Part shown: in pieces, positions 18,520 to 28,778 of the stretch | Layout: the number at the start of each line of letters is the position of its first letter | Position numbering within the stretch: the first letter of the stretch is position 1 | IMG/VR virus record: IMGVR_UViG_3300035210_000190 | Reading direction: 5' to 3' (one strand) | Origin: a virus | Taxonomy: Duplodnaviria; Heunggongvirae; Uroviricota; Caudoviricetes | Length of the DNA: 64,000 nt | Notes under the pieces: model-generated | Told to the model about the DNA's origin: nothing | Database searches by the model: none | Seen by the model: the letters and a program-made list of their open reading frames with translations, nothing else | Made by a program: the position numbers and the translations under genes

Positions 18520-19920
18520 ATGAGCAAACATAACTATAATTTTTCAGAAGTTTCTGCTGTTAATGAAATTCCAAAGGGCACCGAAGTCGTAGTAAGCACT
18601 TATCAATCCTCAGAAGATGGCCCGATTATCCATGAATCCATTCCTGTTGATATTCATCGTTACCTTGATGAAGAAAATTTTAGCGTTCAACATGGGTCTG
18701 TATTCTATGTCATGCTGCATGTCAAAGCTGATGACAAATCAGTTGCTAAAAAAGTGACCACTGCCATTGCTGCCTTGCCAAAACATCTCACTAAGGTATC
18801 TGTTCTTGCTACTGTCGGTTGTTTGAAACAGTTTACTGCAGCTCTGCTGGTGGCGACTGCTCAACATTGGACAGCGAAATCCGAACAAAAAGCAAAACAA
18901 CCAAAAGACGTGACTATTGTCTATGAAGGTGATGAACCTCTTGGTGAATTGAACGACCAAATTCAGTTAGGTAAAGCACTGGCATTGGCTCAGGCAACCA
19001 AGATTCGTCTTATTGAAATGCCTTCCAATTATCTTACGCCTACTGCTTTGCTTCAAGAAGCCAAGAACGTCATGGAATCGAGCCAAAAGGTCACGCTTTC
19101 TGTTGTCAGTGGTAAAGACTTGGAAGAAGAAGGATACGGCTCGCTTTACGCAGTTTCGAAAGGTTCTGTTGAAGAAGGGCATTTGATCACTCTTGAGTAT
19201 AATGGCGGTGTCAAAGGTGAGGCTCCTATTGTTCTGGTGGGTAAAGGTCTGACGTTTGACTCAGGTGGTATTTCTATTAAGCCATCCCGTGGCATGGGCC
19301 GCATGAAAGGTGATATGGGTGGTGCAGCTACCGTTCTCGCTTCCTTGATTTATGCGATTGAAGCCAATGTGAAGAAAAACATTGTGGCGATCATTGCAAC
19401 GTGTGAAAACATGCCAGATGCTGCTGCTCTAAAACCGGGTGATGTGATTACTGCCAAAAACGGTAAGACGATTGAAGTGGAAGATACAGACGCCGAAGGC
19501 CGTTTGGTGTTGGCTGACGCCTTGTGCCATGCACAAACCTTTAATGGTGCTGTAACCATCGACTTTGCGACACTAACAGGTGCTGTGATTGCGGCTATCG
19601 GCCATGTTCACACTGGCTTGTTCACTGAAAGTGATGAGTGGGCTGAAACCCTTCTGGCTGCTGGTAAAGCTTCTGGTGATACAGCGTGGCGTTTGCCGAT
19701 GGGTGATGAGTATAATCATTTCCTTGAAAGCTCTGTTGCCGATCTGAACAACCTTTGCTTGGGTCAGGGTGCAGGAGCCACCAACGGTGCTATCTTCTTG
19801 CGTGAGTTCGCTCCAAAAGAAAACTGGATTCACCTTGATATTGCAGGCACTAGCGATCACAACGGCGGTACCGGACGACCTGTTGGGTTGATGTCTCATT
19901 TCTTGGACAGCTTCCGTTAA
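18520..19920 (+). CDS. pepA: Leucyl aminopeptidase, peptidase family M17 (PepA/PepB-like)
   Basis: VGKGLTFDSGG, MKGDMGGAA, TDAEGRLVLADAL and WIHLDIAG; metal-ligand and catalytic residues present. Confidence 0.95.
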   Translation: MSKHNYNFSEVSAVNEIPKGTEVVVSTYQSSEDGPIIHESIPVDIHRYLDEENFSVQHGSVFYVMLHVKADDKSVAKKVTTAIAALPKHLTKVSVLATVGCLKQFTAALLVATAQHWTAKSEQKAKQPKDVTIVYEGDEPLGELNDQIQLGKALALAQATKIRLIEMPSNYLTPTALLQEAKNVMESSQKVTLSVVSGKDLEEEGYGSLYAVSKGSVEEGHLITLEYNGGVKGEAPIVLVGKGLTFDSGGISIKPSRGMGRMKGDMGGAATVLASLIYAIEANVKKNIVAIIATCENMPDAAALKPGDVITAKNGKTIEVEDTDAEGRLVLADALCHAQTFNGAVTIDFATLTGAVIAAIGHVHTGLFTESDEWAETLLAAGKASGDTAWRLPMGDEYNHFLESSVADLNNLCLGQGAGATNGAIFLREFAPKENWIHLDIAGTSDHNGGTGRPVGLMSHFLDSFR

Positions 19921-20041
19921 TCGACATTGATGTATTAAAAAGAGCCTTCATGGCTCTTTTTTCTTTTCCACTCTTATAAAATTGATTAATATTGTTTTTT
20001 GTGATATTATCACAATCCATTAAATTAAAAGGTGTTCTCAT

Positions 20042-20737
20042 ATGTTAAATTCCTGTATTCAAGAACTTGCAATAGAACCAAAAGATAGTGTTGGGCCTGC
20101 ACAGCTACAAATTCAGAAATTAAAAATTGTTGAAAATGCTATTAAAGTCATTGAAACCTTTAAAGTTTCATCAACGCTTTCGGAACATCTTTCTTTTTGT
20201 CTTATTGATAACAATTCTTATTTTGATGAAAGATTTGCATTGCTTGTTGATTACTCAAAAGATGAAGGGATAAAAGGGGAGTCTGCATTGATTTTGAAAA
20301 ATGTTGGCAATGTTTTTAACTTAAAATTAGGTTATATTCAAGAAGCTAAAAAAGGATCTAGCATTAAAATTGAATTCGACAACAATCAGAATATTAAACA
20401 TGTTATTTTCTTCACTCATTTAAATGTCAGAAACAATAGATTTGATGCCACAGAAATTCAATTAACTTGTGATGGCTCATTGAAGTTGTTTGATTATCAA
20501 TACACATCGATCCTTGTTGACCCGACAACAAAATCATTGGTTAGACATCAGATTGTTAAAGACGACAAAACTTTACTTGACCTATCGGATGAAGTTTTCT
20601 TTATTAACATGAAGATCAATAATAAAAATGAGGTGCTTGCTGATTTGTTGCCAGAACTTTTCATATCGTCTGCGTATGATTTCAATAGTTTTGATTTTCA
20701 ATCTCGTTTTGAAATGATTGATATGGTTCTTTATTGA
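20042..20737 (+). CDS. Hypothetical protein, paralog of 13641..14393, ending LPELFISSAYDF..DMVLY
   Basis: AAGGTG RBS; shared blocks. Confidence 0.85.
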   Translation: MLNSCIQELAIEPKDSVGPAQLQIQKLKIVENAIKVIETFKVSSTLSEHLSFCLIDNNSYFDERFALLVDYSKDEGIKGESALILKNVGNVFNLKLGYIQEAKKGSSIKIEFDNNQNIKHVIFFTHLNVRNNRFDATEIQLTCDGSLKLFDYQYTSILVDPTTKSLVRHQIVKDDKTLLDLSDEVFFINMKINNKNEVLADLLPELFISSAYDFNSFDFQSRFEMIDMVLY

Positions 20738-20764
20738 TTGAACTTTTGATGACCAAAAGAGCCT

Positions 20765-21178
20765 TTATAGGCTCTTTTTGTTTCTAGGTTGAAATATTTG
20801 TGTGTCATTTGATGTGTTTGTTATTCGCGTTAAAATAAGTTCTTCTGGATTGCTGTCATCAGTAATAACCCAATCAAAAAATAACAGTATTGCTAAACGC
20901 TCTCTATCTTCTGGCTCATAGTTTAAATTAGGATGGTTGGTGTTCAGATAGTCATAGACGGCTTGATAATCTTTATATTTCCAACTCGCTTTTATTTGTG
21001 CAGGTGTTTTGTCTCGAGTCGGTTTGATTAAGAATAAAAAAATTATTGTGAAGAATATACAGGCACCTAATAATTTAAAATTAATTTGATGATTATTTAT
21101 AGCGTCAAACATCATTGTACAAAATGTAATTATTGCAAATATGAAAGTGTAAACTATCATTAAAAATTCGAACATCAT
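20765..21178 (-). CDS. Two-TM membrane protein
   Basis: Two N-terminal hydrophobic segments; shares bidirectional terminator 20755..20780. Confidence 0.7.
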   Translation of the reverse strand: MMFEFLMIVYTFIFAIITFCTMMFDAINNHQINFKLLGACIFFTIIFLFLIKPTRDKTPAQIKASWKYKDYQAVYDYLNTNHPNLNYEPEDRERLAILLFFDWVITDDSNPEELILTRITNTSNDTQIFQPRNKKSL

Positions 21179-21310
21179 GCTTCTTATCTCTTATTTATAT
21201 TAATAAAATACATTAAATTAAAAAATAAAACAACAATTTCTTTTGACTTTTATTTGCATTTAAATTATAATCGGGTCGCCTTGATAAGTATTTATTATTT
21301 GGAGATTGTT

Positions 21311-22087
21311 ATGGATGTCAAACTTTTAACACGTAAAACAATTACCTTTGCTCATAATGTTTTTTTTAATTATATTGGGTTGCTGAGCTTTGTATTTTTT
21401 GCGATCAGCTATTTTTCTTTCACTTATTTCCAAAATGAAAAAGTTGGCTTTATTTATTATGCTTTATTACTAGTTCCCTTATTTCATGGTTTTGCTTTTA
21501 TTTATCAATTAACACGATTTGTAAAAAATAAAATAACGCTTGAAGGTCATGTCTTTAATAATCTATTGAAGAATCTGCATACGACAAGAGATAAAGCTTT
21601 TTATGATAATTTTTTTCCACTTTTTAGCATTGTATTTATAGCATCTTTTTATAGTATGGGTTTAATTTATGTTCCAAAATTTGTTGACACTATTTATCTT
21701 TTTTATAATGATCCTTCATATTTTCCTGCAACAATTATTTTTCTTTTTTTATCTGGGTTTTATGTCTTTGCTTCTTTTCTTTCTTTATATATCTTTCAGC
21801 AAGGTAATGAGTTGTTGAACAATTCGATTGCTATTAAAAATGAATACTGTTTAAAGAATGATATTTCTGTCAAAGATACTTCCAGTATGATGTTCACTCT
21901 TTACGATGGTCATGTTATTAATCTGTTGTTTGATGATTTGATTGTGAATGTTAAAAAGAATGAGGCCATCTACAAAAATAAAAAATATAACTACACTGCT
22001 TTAAATAATTACCTTAACGAAACAGGATTATCCATTAAAGAATTATCAACACCAGACTGGTCAGTTGTGGCTTTTATGTCAATTTGA
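21311..22087 (+). CDS. Multi-pass membrane protein ending ...DWSVVAFMSI
   Basis: GGAG RBS before ATG 21311; about four hydrophobic segments. Confidence 0.8.
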   Translation: MDVKLLTRKTITFAHNVFFNYIGLLSFVFFAISYFSFTYFQNEKVGFIYYALLLVPLFHGFAFIYQLTRFVKNKITLEGHVFNNLLKNLHTTRDKAFYDNFFPLFSIVFIASFYSMGLIYVPKFVDTIYLFYNDPSYFPATIIFLFLSGFYVFASFLSLYIFQQGNELLNNSIAIKNEYCLKNDISVKDTSSMMFTLYDGHVINLLFDDLIVNVKKNEAIYKNKKYNYTALNNYLNETGLSIKELSTPDWSVVAFMSI

Positions 22088-22119
22088 TGGTATAATCCAT
22101 TCACACATTTGAGGTGACT

Positions 22120-22818
22120 ATGTTTAGACTACCCAACTTGATGAAGGAAAAAGAACGAGAAATCGACTATCTCAGTCGGCTGTCCGTTCATCCACGTTGC
22201 ACGCTGAAAACCACGACCGAAGTCCAGCGTATTCTGGTCGATTTTATCATGCGGAATCAACTTGACCTCAATGGTCAAACAGGACGGCGTTATGTGACGT
22301 TCAGGGAACATGGTTTTGAGGAATCGTTCATTGGTGGTTTTGGTTCTCGCCATCAAATTGCCCACATTATTATTGATAAAGACTTCAATATCAAAGAACA
22401 CACCGAGACAAATTTTGTAAACATCATCAAGCTTTATGAGAAGATTGATTTTGATGTTCAATTAACACAAGAATGTGTCACCTTTTCTTTGAAAGAAGGT
22501 TATACAAAACTTGAAGATATTGAATACGTTGAGTTTGTCTATAATGCTTGTATTGCTACCGATAAAGGCTTTTATCCAGAATCAAAGATCCTTGTTCGCC
22601 ATTACCTTGATGGAGCCGAACCTTCCTTCTCAATGGTAGACCGTGAAGACATTGATATGGACCTGCTTATTACCTTAACAACTTCTCTCACCAGATTTAA
22701 TGACATCCTCCCGCCATTCATTGAAAATCATAAAGAAGCTTTTTGTGCCAAATTCGGGATTGATAGCACTGATTTTAGTGATGACACGAATATGCTTATT
22801 CAGATGATGGATGTTTGA
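22120..22818 (+). CDS. Hypothetical protein ending ...MLIQMMDV
   Basis: GGTATAAT promoter, GAGGTG RBS. Confidence 0.85.
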   Translation: MFRLPNLMKEKEREIDYLSRLSVHPRCTLKTTTEVQRILVDFIMRNQLDLNGQTGRRYVTFREHGFEESFIGGFGSRHQIAHIIIDKDFNIKEHTETNFVNIIKLYEKIDFDVQLTQECVTFSLKEGYTKLEDIEYVEFVYNACIATDKGFYPESKILVRHYLDGAEPSFSMVDREDIDMDLLITLTTSLTRFNDILPPFIENHKEAFCAKFGIDSTDFSDDTNMLIQMMDV

Positions 22819-22868
22819 TTTTTATTCAATAATCTGTTAAAATGCAGGATATTTAAGGAGATTAAACT

Positions 22869-23099
22869 ATGTTGAATTCTGTTGCAGATGTCGCCGCTTT
22901 TGCGGAATCAATGGGTAAAGATTATCATTACAATGGTGTTCTTGCTTTGATGGAAAAAGATCGCATTCTTCCATTTTACGAACGTAAAACACTGGAAGTC
23001 TACAAAGGTGTGGGTAAGGGCTATGGTTGGTCGGAAGCTCTTTGCGAAATCTTTGACGCTTATGTTGAAAAACATGGCGAACAAGAACTGACTGATTAA
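22869..23099 (+). CDS. Hypothetical protein
   Basis: AAGGAG RBS; first gene of a 3-gene unit. Confidence 0.8.
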   Translation: MLNSVADVAAFAESMGKDYHYNGVLALMEKDRILPFYERKTLEVYKGVGKGYGWSEALCEIFDAYVEKHGEQELTD

Positions 23100-23114
23100 T
23101 TTATTGGAGGTTGT

Positions 23115-23333
23115 ATGCATATTTCTATCAAGTTAACTAAGACAAGTGAAGCCACTCCTAATGATAGCGAAGCTTGTCTTTTTGTGACCAAAGAGTCTCC
23201 AAATGTCTTGTTGTCTGGTGTTTATTATTACAATGCTGATAATTTTCATTCTAATAATTACAACTACGATGCGACTAAGGTTCTGGGTTGGGCGTCGAAT
23301 AACGTGACTGTTGAAGAAGAGAGTAAGCAATGA
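23115..23333 (+). CDS. Hypothetical protein
   Basis: GGAGG RBS. Confidence 0.8.
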   Translation: MHISIKLTKTSEATPNDSEACLFVTKESPNVLLSGVYYYNADNFHSNNYNYDATKVLGWASNNVTVEEESKQ

Positions 23334-23587
23334 AAAGATCTTTCGTAGATTTGCTAAAACATCATCAGGCTATGATTGGTAAAAAAGTTACAGTTGTTTC
23401 AAAAGCTGCTGGTACTGTGGGGCATTTGAAAAGTGTTGATCAGATTGTATATGGTATTCAACCAACCTACAATCTCGTTTTGGAAAATGATACAGTTGTT
23501 AAGATTTCAGGTATCCTTGTGCCTTATTATTCAGAAGATGGTGATAATGTCATAGAACATTACATTTTTGAACCTTATTCATTCTAA
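23330..23587 (+). CDS. Hypothetical protein
   Basis: ATGA overlap; followed by terminator 23602..23623. Confidence 0.75.
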   Translation: MKRSFVDLLKHHQAMIGKKVTVVSKAAGTVGHLKSVDQIVYGIQPTYNLVLENDTVVKISGILVPYYSEDGDNVIEHYIFEPYSF

Positions 23588-23688
23588 AGATGTTGTTAAA
23601 TAAGAGGCTTCGGCCTCTTTTTTGTTGCCTAAAATTCTTATTTTTGCTATAATGGCTTCAATAATTTTTAACTTGATGAGTAATTCAA

Positions 23689-24264
23689 ATGTTCAAAAAT
23701 ATCATTGCTATTGCCTTGTTGACCATTACGGCTACGTTGGTTGGTTGTTCGGGTAATCCACAATATGGCCCACTTACTTCCATCAATGCTGATAAATCAG
23801 TAGATATTGGCTCCTATGTCCAGTGGAATGATGAGTATGCTGTTACAGCTAAGCATGTTAAAAATGTAAAGAACGTGGCATATGTCTCGAAAAATTATGA
23901 CTTGGTATTCTTCAAGCATAAATCGACAGCACCTTTGAAATGGGCTGATACGAAAGTCAATGAACCACTGGTTTCAAAGGGCTTTCCTTTCTTTCCACAA
24001 CGATTGAAAGAAAATGTTGTTTCTGCTAACAATGTCAATGTCAATCTCACTTTGGATAACATGCCACATTATTTTTTGATGGACGCTCAACTCATTGGTG
24101 GTATGTCGGGTGGCCCAGTCTTTAACCAGTATAACGAAGTTGTTGGTATTAATATTGGTTACACAAACAAACGCTATAATATCGACCATAAAGAACAAGT
24201 TTACTCGATTTACCTCTCTCACCAAGGCATTCAGCAAGAATGGAATAAATTTGTTTCACAATAA
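23689..24264 (+). CDS. Trypsin-like serine protease (S1) lipoprotein
   Basis: Lipobox LVGC; triad motifs VTAKHV, YDLVF and GGMSGGPV. Confidence 0.85.
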   Translation: MFKNIIAIALLTITATLVGCSGNPQYGPLTSINADKSVDIGSYVQWNDEYAVTAKHVKNVKNVAYVSKNYDLVFFKHKSTAPLKWADTKVNEPLVSKGFPFFPQRLKENVVSANNVNVNLTLDNMPHYFLMDAQLIGGMSGGPVFNQYNEVVGINIGYTNKRYNIDHKEQVYSIYLSHQGIQQEWNKFVSQ

Positions 24265-24369
24265 TTAATATCGATCTCATTAATCATTTATAAACCTCTT
24301 TATTGAGGTTTTTGTGTTGCTATTTTTTAATAAACCTATATAATCCTTTTATTAATTTGGAGGTGCTTA

Positions 24370-24639
24370 ATGCATTTAACAGAAAATGATTATCTACGAT
24401 TGAACTACCGTGGCAATGTGGAACCTGCTAAAAGAGTTCCAAAAAATCTACCGCGTAGTGATAGAGGCCGTAATCCATTGCCTAGTGAAGTTCCTTTGCC
24501 ACCTCCTGATGCACCTGTGGCACATTCTAAAAAAAGTCCATCTTTTTCAACGTTGAAAAATATCGTTATGGACACCGAAAGTCTCACCGCCGAACAAAAA
24601 CTTGATCTGATTGACAAAATCAGTGATTTGTATGCTTAA
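24370..24639 (+). CDS. Pro-rich small protein, paralog of 24660..24944
   Basis: GGAGG RBS; KSPxFxTLKNIxMDxESLxAEQKLxLIDKISxLY shared. Confidence 0.85.
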   Translation: MHLTENDYLRLNYRGNVEPAKRVPKNLPRSDRGRNPLPSEVPLPPPDAPVAHSKKSPSFSTLKNIVMDTESLTAEQKLDLIDKISDLYA

Positions 24640-24659
24640 TTATTAAATTGGAGAACTCT

Positions 24660-24944
24660 ATGTCAAGTAAAGATAACATTACACATACTGACTATCTCAG
24701 AAGATACGGCGATACTCGACCAGACCATGAACGGTTTACCAACGTTAATCCACCACCTACTGATGGACAGATTGCTCATATTAAAGCAGCACGACCGAGT
24801 ACGCCGCCACCAGCACCACCAAGATATCAATCTACAAAATCACCTACCTTTTTGACATTGAAAAATATCATTATGGATGACGAAAGTCTTTCTGCCGAAC
24901 AGAAGCTTGGGTTGATCGATAAAATCAGTGAATTGTATTCATAA
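24660..24944 (+). CDS. Pro-rich small protein, paralog of 24370..24639
   Basis: GGAG RBS before ATG 24660; shared C-terminal helix. Confidence 0.85.
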   Translation: MSSKDNITHTDYLRRYGDTRPDHERFTNVNPPPTDGQIAHIKAARPSTPPPAPPRYQSTKSPTFLTLKNIIMDDESLSAEQKLGLIDKISELYS

Positions 24945-25004
24945 GGTTGCTAAACATTTTCAGTTAAGCTATACTATTAGCTATTAAATCTTTGAGGCTT
25001 CATC

Positions 25005-25496
25005 ATGGAACAGTTAGCTTATTTGAAAAAAAGCATTATTGTTTTTACGCTTTTATTTTTGGCGTGTCTTGCATTAATGTACGGCTCCTACCGTTTGCAT
25101 GCCTATGGTGAATACCGCACTCACAAAGAAACTCGACATGCTCGAATGATTGATGTTTTTGATCGGCATTCTCATAGCAAGGGACATGATTATTACTACA
25201 CATACGGCTATTTTGTTGATCGAGAAACTGGCAATCATTTCACTGACCAGATTAGCGAAATTACTTTCAAGTCCTTTAAAAACAATGGCAACAAAGGGAT
25301 TGAAACCAGTTGGCCTTACAGCATCGACAAAATAGAGCAAACATCAAAAGGTGATTTTGCGTTGATATTTGGGTTCCTTGGCATGGTCTTTTTTACCTGC
25401 TTTGGTGTTTTCAATGCTTCTCAACTAATTATGGCTCTCCATCGGTATAGCGAGCAGAAACAACAATTAACCATGTTTGACAAAAAAAGCCCTTGA
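25005..25496 (+). CDS. Two-TM membrane protein with extracytoplasmic domain (family with 27605 and 28095)
   Basis: TM - GxFxDxxTxxxFTxxI - TM pattern. Confidence 0.8.
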   Translation: MEQLAYLKKSIIVFTLLFLACLALMYGSYRLHAYGEYRTHKETRHARMIDVFDRHSHSKGHDYYYTYGYFVDRETGNHFTDQISEITFKSFKNNGNKGIETSWPYSIDKIEQTSKGDFALIFGFLGMVFFTCFGVFNASQLIMALHRYSEQKQQLTMFDKKSP

Positions 25497-25522
25497 TGGG
25501 CTTTTTTGTTTTGTAAACTATT

Positions 25523-27385
25523 TTAAGGAACTACGTTAACTGTTATAGTCCTTGTGGCTATCACTGACAATGATTCCGTTGAATAAGCCGTTAACGTATA
25601 GGTTTGAAGACCTGTCAATTGTGGAGCAATAGTGGCTTCTCCCATGTAGTTTGGTATAGCGTTTGCACCTGATCCCGCTAATGTGAAATAGACAGCATTG
25701 GTACCACTCCAACTTAATGTCATTGGAACAAATTGTTTTTTTGTCGCTGGACCTGTAAATGATGTGATTACTGGCATTACTGCCACAGTGATTGTTACTG
25801 TTCTTGTCGCTGATCGTGTCACTCCATTTAATGTTTTAGCATTTGTGATTGTATATACATAGCTTCCACTTGTTGATGGTGCTGTTACAACTGTTGAACT
25901 TCCTGATACGACACCCACAGATCGATCTATACTGACTATTTCAGCGTTACTAACACTCCACGATAATGTAAACGTACTACTTGGTCCAACACCTGTTGCT
26001 GATGTTGTGAAACTGCTTACCGTTGGATCAGCCACCACTGTAACATCTATTTTTCTAGTTACTGTTGTTCCAGATGCATTTTTTGCAGTGATGGTATAGC
26101 TGTAATCACCTGCAGATGTGGGTGTGATATTTCGACTGGTGTTTGTACCCATATCAATAGTTCCACTGATACCTGACCCAGAACCACCACTGCTTTTAAT
26201 GGTGTAGTTAGTGGCTCCGGTTGCCGTAAATGACAAGGTGAAAGCAGCATTTCTAAATACTGTATTAGGGGCTGTCAACGTCACGATCACAGGGGCTGGC
26301 AGTAGGACGGATACTGCAATTCCTTTGGTCACAGAGCGGCCAGCAGGGTTTGTTGCTACCATTATATAGTTTGTGGTGCTGGCTGTTGCATTGCTCGTTA
26401 TGGTCATAGCCCCTCCTGTTTTGGGGGCACCATTGATGACATACGTTGATACGCCATCATCTATCCATGTAAAATCTAATTGTGTGTTAGGGGCCACAGT
26501 GAGTCCACAGCAAATATTATTTGCATAAAAGGCATCTAGTGAGGGTATGGTATAAACATCGACAGTTCTTTCTTGGCTAATGACTAAGCCATTAAAGCTG
26601 GTGACTTCTAATTTATAGTTAAAATTTCCAGCAGCCGCAAATGGAACCGCCCGAGATCCAACAGCAGATTCAGTTCCACCATTTAATTTTACAATCGTAG
26701 AATCACTAACATTCCAATTAAAGTTGGCTACATCGCCCACACTGAATTTTGTTTTATCTACAGTGAAACTATTAATAACAGCAGTGGGTTCAACTTCGAT
26801 TGTCACCGTCTTGGTAATGTTAGGTTGACCAGCATAACCATAAGCAATCAGGGTGTACGTTGCTGTTTGAGTAGGTGTTATACTGTAACTTGTATTGGTG
26901 TAATCTGTTTTGCTCAGTAAACCTACGATTTCTATAAATTCTACGTTTTCGGTATTCCATATTAAATTAACAGTATCGCCTTTACCTATTTTTAATGAAC
27001 TCGCACTGAAATCAGCAGTAGGTGGCGGTTGATTAACGGTGATGGTCATTTGTTGGGTTGTTGTTTCACCGCCATGTTTGATTATAACCGTGTAGGTGGT
27101 TGTTACGTTAGGGGATAGGAGGAACGCCCCTGATTTGTTGCTTGATGTATAGATTGGTTGCCCCTGAATGCTTATATCTTCTAAATCATTGTAATTCCAG
27201 TTTAACAAAGCTGAATTTCCACGATTTATAATGTTTGGTGTTACTTTTAAATCTCTTACTATTTGTGTTGGCCCTTCTGTTTTGTCTGCGAATCCATCTT
27301 GAGGTAATGGTATCATGACTGTATATTCTGCGGAAGCTATTCCAGTTGACATCATCATCAATAAGGCTATTATTTTTCTATCCAT
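25523..27385 (-). CDS. Secreted Thr/Ser-rich protein with about seven tandem Ig/PKD-like beta-sandwich repeats
   Basis: Signal peptide ending ASA|EYTVMIPL; repeated P.I..F......G...TL.W...NA...I units. Confidence 0.85.
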   Translation of the reverse strand: MDRKIIALLMMMSTGIASAEYTVMIPLPQDGFADKTEGPTQIVRDLKVTPNIINRGNSALLNWNYNDLEDISIQGQPIYTSSNKSGAFLLSPNVTTTYTVIIKHGGETTTQQMTITVNQPPPTADFSASSLKIGKGDTVNLIWNTENVEFIEIVGLLSKTDYTNTSYSITPTQTATYTLIAYGYAGQPNITKTVTIEVEPTAVINSFTVDKTKFSVGDVANFNWNVSDSTIVKLNGGTESAVGSRAVPFAAAGNFNYKLEVTSFNGLVISQERTVDVYTIPSLDAFYANNICCGLTVAPNTQLDFTWIDDGVSTYVINGAPKTGGAMTITSNATASTTNYIMVATNPAGRSVTKGIAVSVLLPAPVIVTLTAPNTVFRNAAFTLSFTATGATNYTIKSSGGSGSGISGTIDMGTNTSRNITPTSAGDYSYTITAKNASGTTVTRKIDVTVVADPTVSSFTTSATGVGPSSTFTLSWSVSNAEIVSIDRSVGVVSGSSTVVTAPSTSGSYVYTITNAKTLNGVTRSATRTVTITVAVMPVITSFTGPATKKQFVPMTLSWSGTNAVYFTLAGSGANAIPNYMGEATIAPQLTGLQTYTLTAYSTESLSVIATRTITVNVVP

Positions 27386-27604
27386 GATATATAAAAGATG
27401 TTATACTTATTATATATATTATAGTATAAAGATCCGATATCAATGACTATTTTATATTTATTTTCTTAAATTATCCTCTTAAAATAGGAAAAATAGCTTG
27501 TGAACCTTCCATAAAAACATAATCCTCATACAACAGAGAAATTGATTTTGAGTTGTTTTTGATGTATAATCGCTACTCAATATTCTTCAAACAGGTTGGC
27601 TAAA

Positions 27605-28036
27605 ATGAACCAAACAAAACCACTTACTTTGACGTTTTTCATCGTTGCATTGTTTGCTTTGAGCTACTTTGGATTAGGTCAAGCAAACAAACGCCAGCTT
27701 GAAAGTGTTCGTAGTCTTGTCCTTTTTGATGTGACCACTGTTGAAAAGAGACATAATGATATGCCTTATACCATTAAAGAAGGTGTGTTTTTTGATATCA
27801 TTACTAATCGACGTTTTACTGCTGAGATTGAGTCAACCTTGTATGCCTCTTTTTTGATTGGCAACCAAAAATCTATACATATGCAACGTTCTTTTAATTT
27901 GGACACCATTGAAAGTACGCCTTCTATTGGTAGTGCTTATCGAATTGTTAGTGCTGTTCTGTTTTGGCTGGCACTTATGGTTTTGGTTGATGGTTTGATT
28001 GTTAATCGAAAACCAGTGATTCACGCTACGCAATGA
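27605..28036 (+). CDS. Two-TM membrane protein (family with 25005 and 28095)
   Basis: GVFFDIITNRRFTAEI...LY..F...FNLDTIES. Confidence 0.8.
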   Translation: MNQTKPLTLTFFIVALFALSYFGLGQANKRQLESVRSLVLFDVTTVEKRHNDMPYTIKEGVFFDIITNRRFTAEIESTLYASFLIGNQKSIHMQRSFNLDTIESTPSIGSAYRIVSAVLFWLALMVLVDGLIVNRKPVIHATQ

Positions 28037-28094
28037 TTGACTGTTTTATGATTTTCAAGTATACTTAATACATGTTTTAAATAGGCGAAATATA

Positions 28095-28520
28095 ATGAAA
28101 ATTAATAAAATTTTGGCTTTTTTGGTTGGCGGCGTTATTCTCTGTACGTTGGCATCCAGCTACTTGATGTTTCAAGAATCCTTTAAACGAACCGAATTGA
28201 AACTGCGTGATGTTACGCTTTATGATACTGCGGTCACTTCTTATAAGGTGAAAAACAACACAGTTGTCAATACAAAAGGTTACTTCTTGGATAAAGAAAC
28301 CAACCTGACCTTTACTGCTCCTATTCAAGACAAGTTGTATCGTGAATTTCAAGAAGGCAAAAATAAACAAATTGCCATTCAACAAGAATTTAACCTTGAT
28401 ACGATTGAAAACAAATCTGATGGCCCACTGTTGAAATTTCTAGGATCTGTTTTAATTATTTTGCTTGTAGGATCTGCTGGTTCCGTGATTATCATTAATC
28501 GCATGCCTAAATCTGTTTAA
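28095..28520 (+). CDS. Two-TM membrane protein (family with 25005 and 27605)
   Basis: GYFLDKETNLTFTAPI...LY..F...FNLDTIEN. Confidence 0.85.
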   Translation: MKINKILAFLVGGVILCTLASSYLMFQESFKRTELKLRDVTLYDTAVTSYKVKNNTVVNTKGYFLDKETNLTFTAPIQDKLYREFQEGKNKQIAIQQEFNLDTIENKSDGPLLKFLGSVLIILLVGSAGSVIIINRMPKSV

Positions 28521-28586
28521 ATGCTTTACATTAAATCTCTTTTTTGATAGAATAGTGTCATCTAATCAATAGCAAGGAACATCAAC

Positions 28587-28775
28587 ATGACGACCAAGAC
28601 CATCACCGAAAAAGCAAAGCTTCTGTTGGTTGAATCCATTCAACGTGATTTAGCCAGTGAGCATGATGAACAGCATAGCTTTGCTGCTTATGGTTTTGTG
28701 GGTGTCTATAACATGAATGAAGACCAGCTTTTGAATTTGTTTACTGTTCATGGCATCAACCCTTACGAGGTTTAA
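28587..28775 (+). CDS. Hypothetical protein
   Basis: TTTACA-17-TAGAAT promoter, AAGGA RBS. Confidence 0.75.
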   Translation: MTTKTITEKAKLLLVESIQRDLASEHDEQHSFAAYGFVGVYNMNEDQLLNLFTVHGINPYEV

Positions 28776-28778
28776 ACG

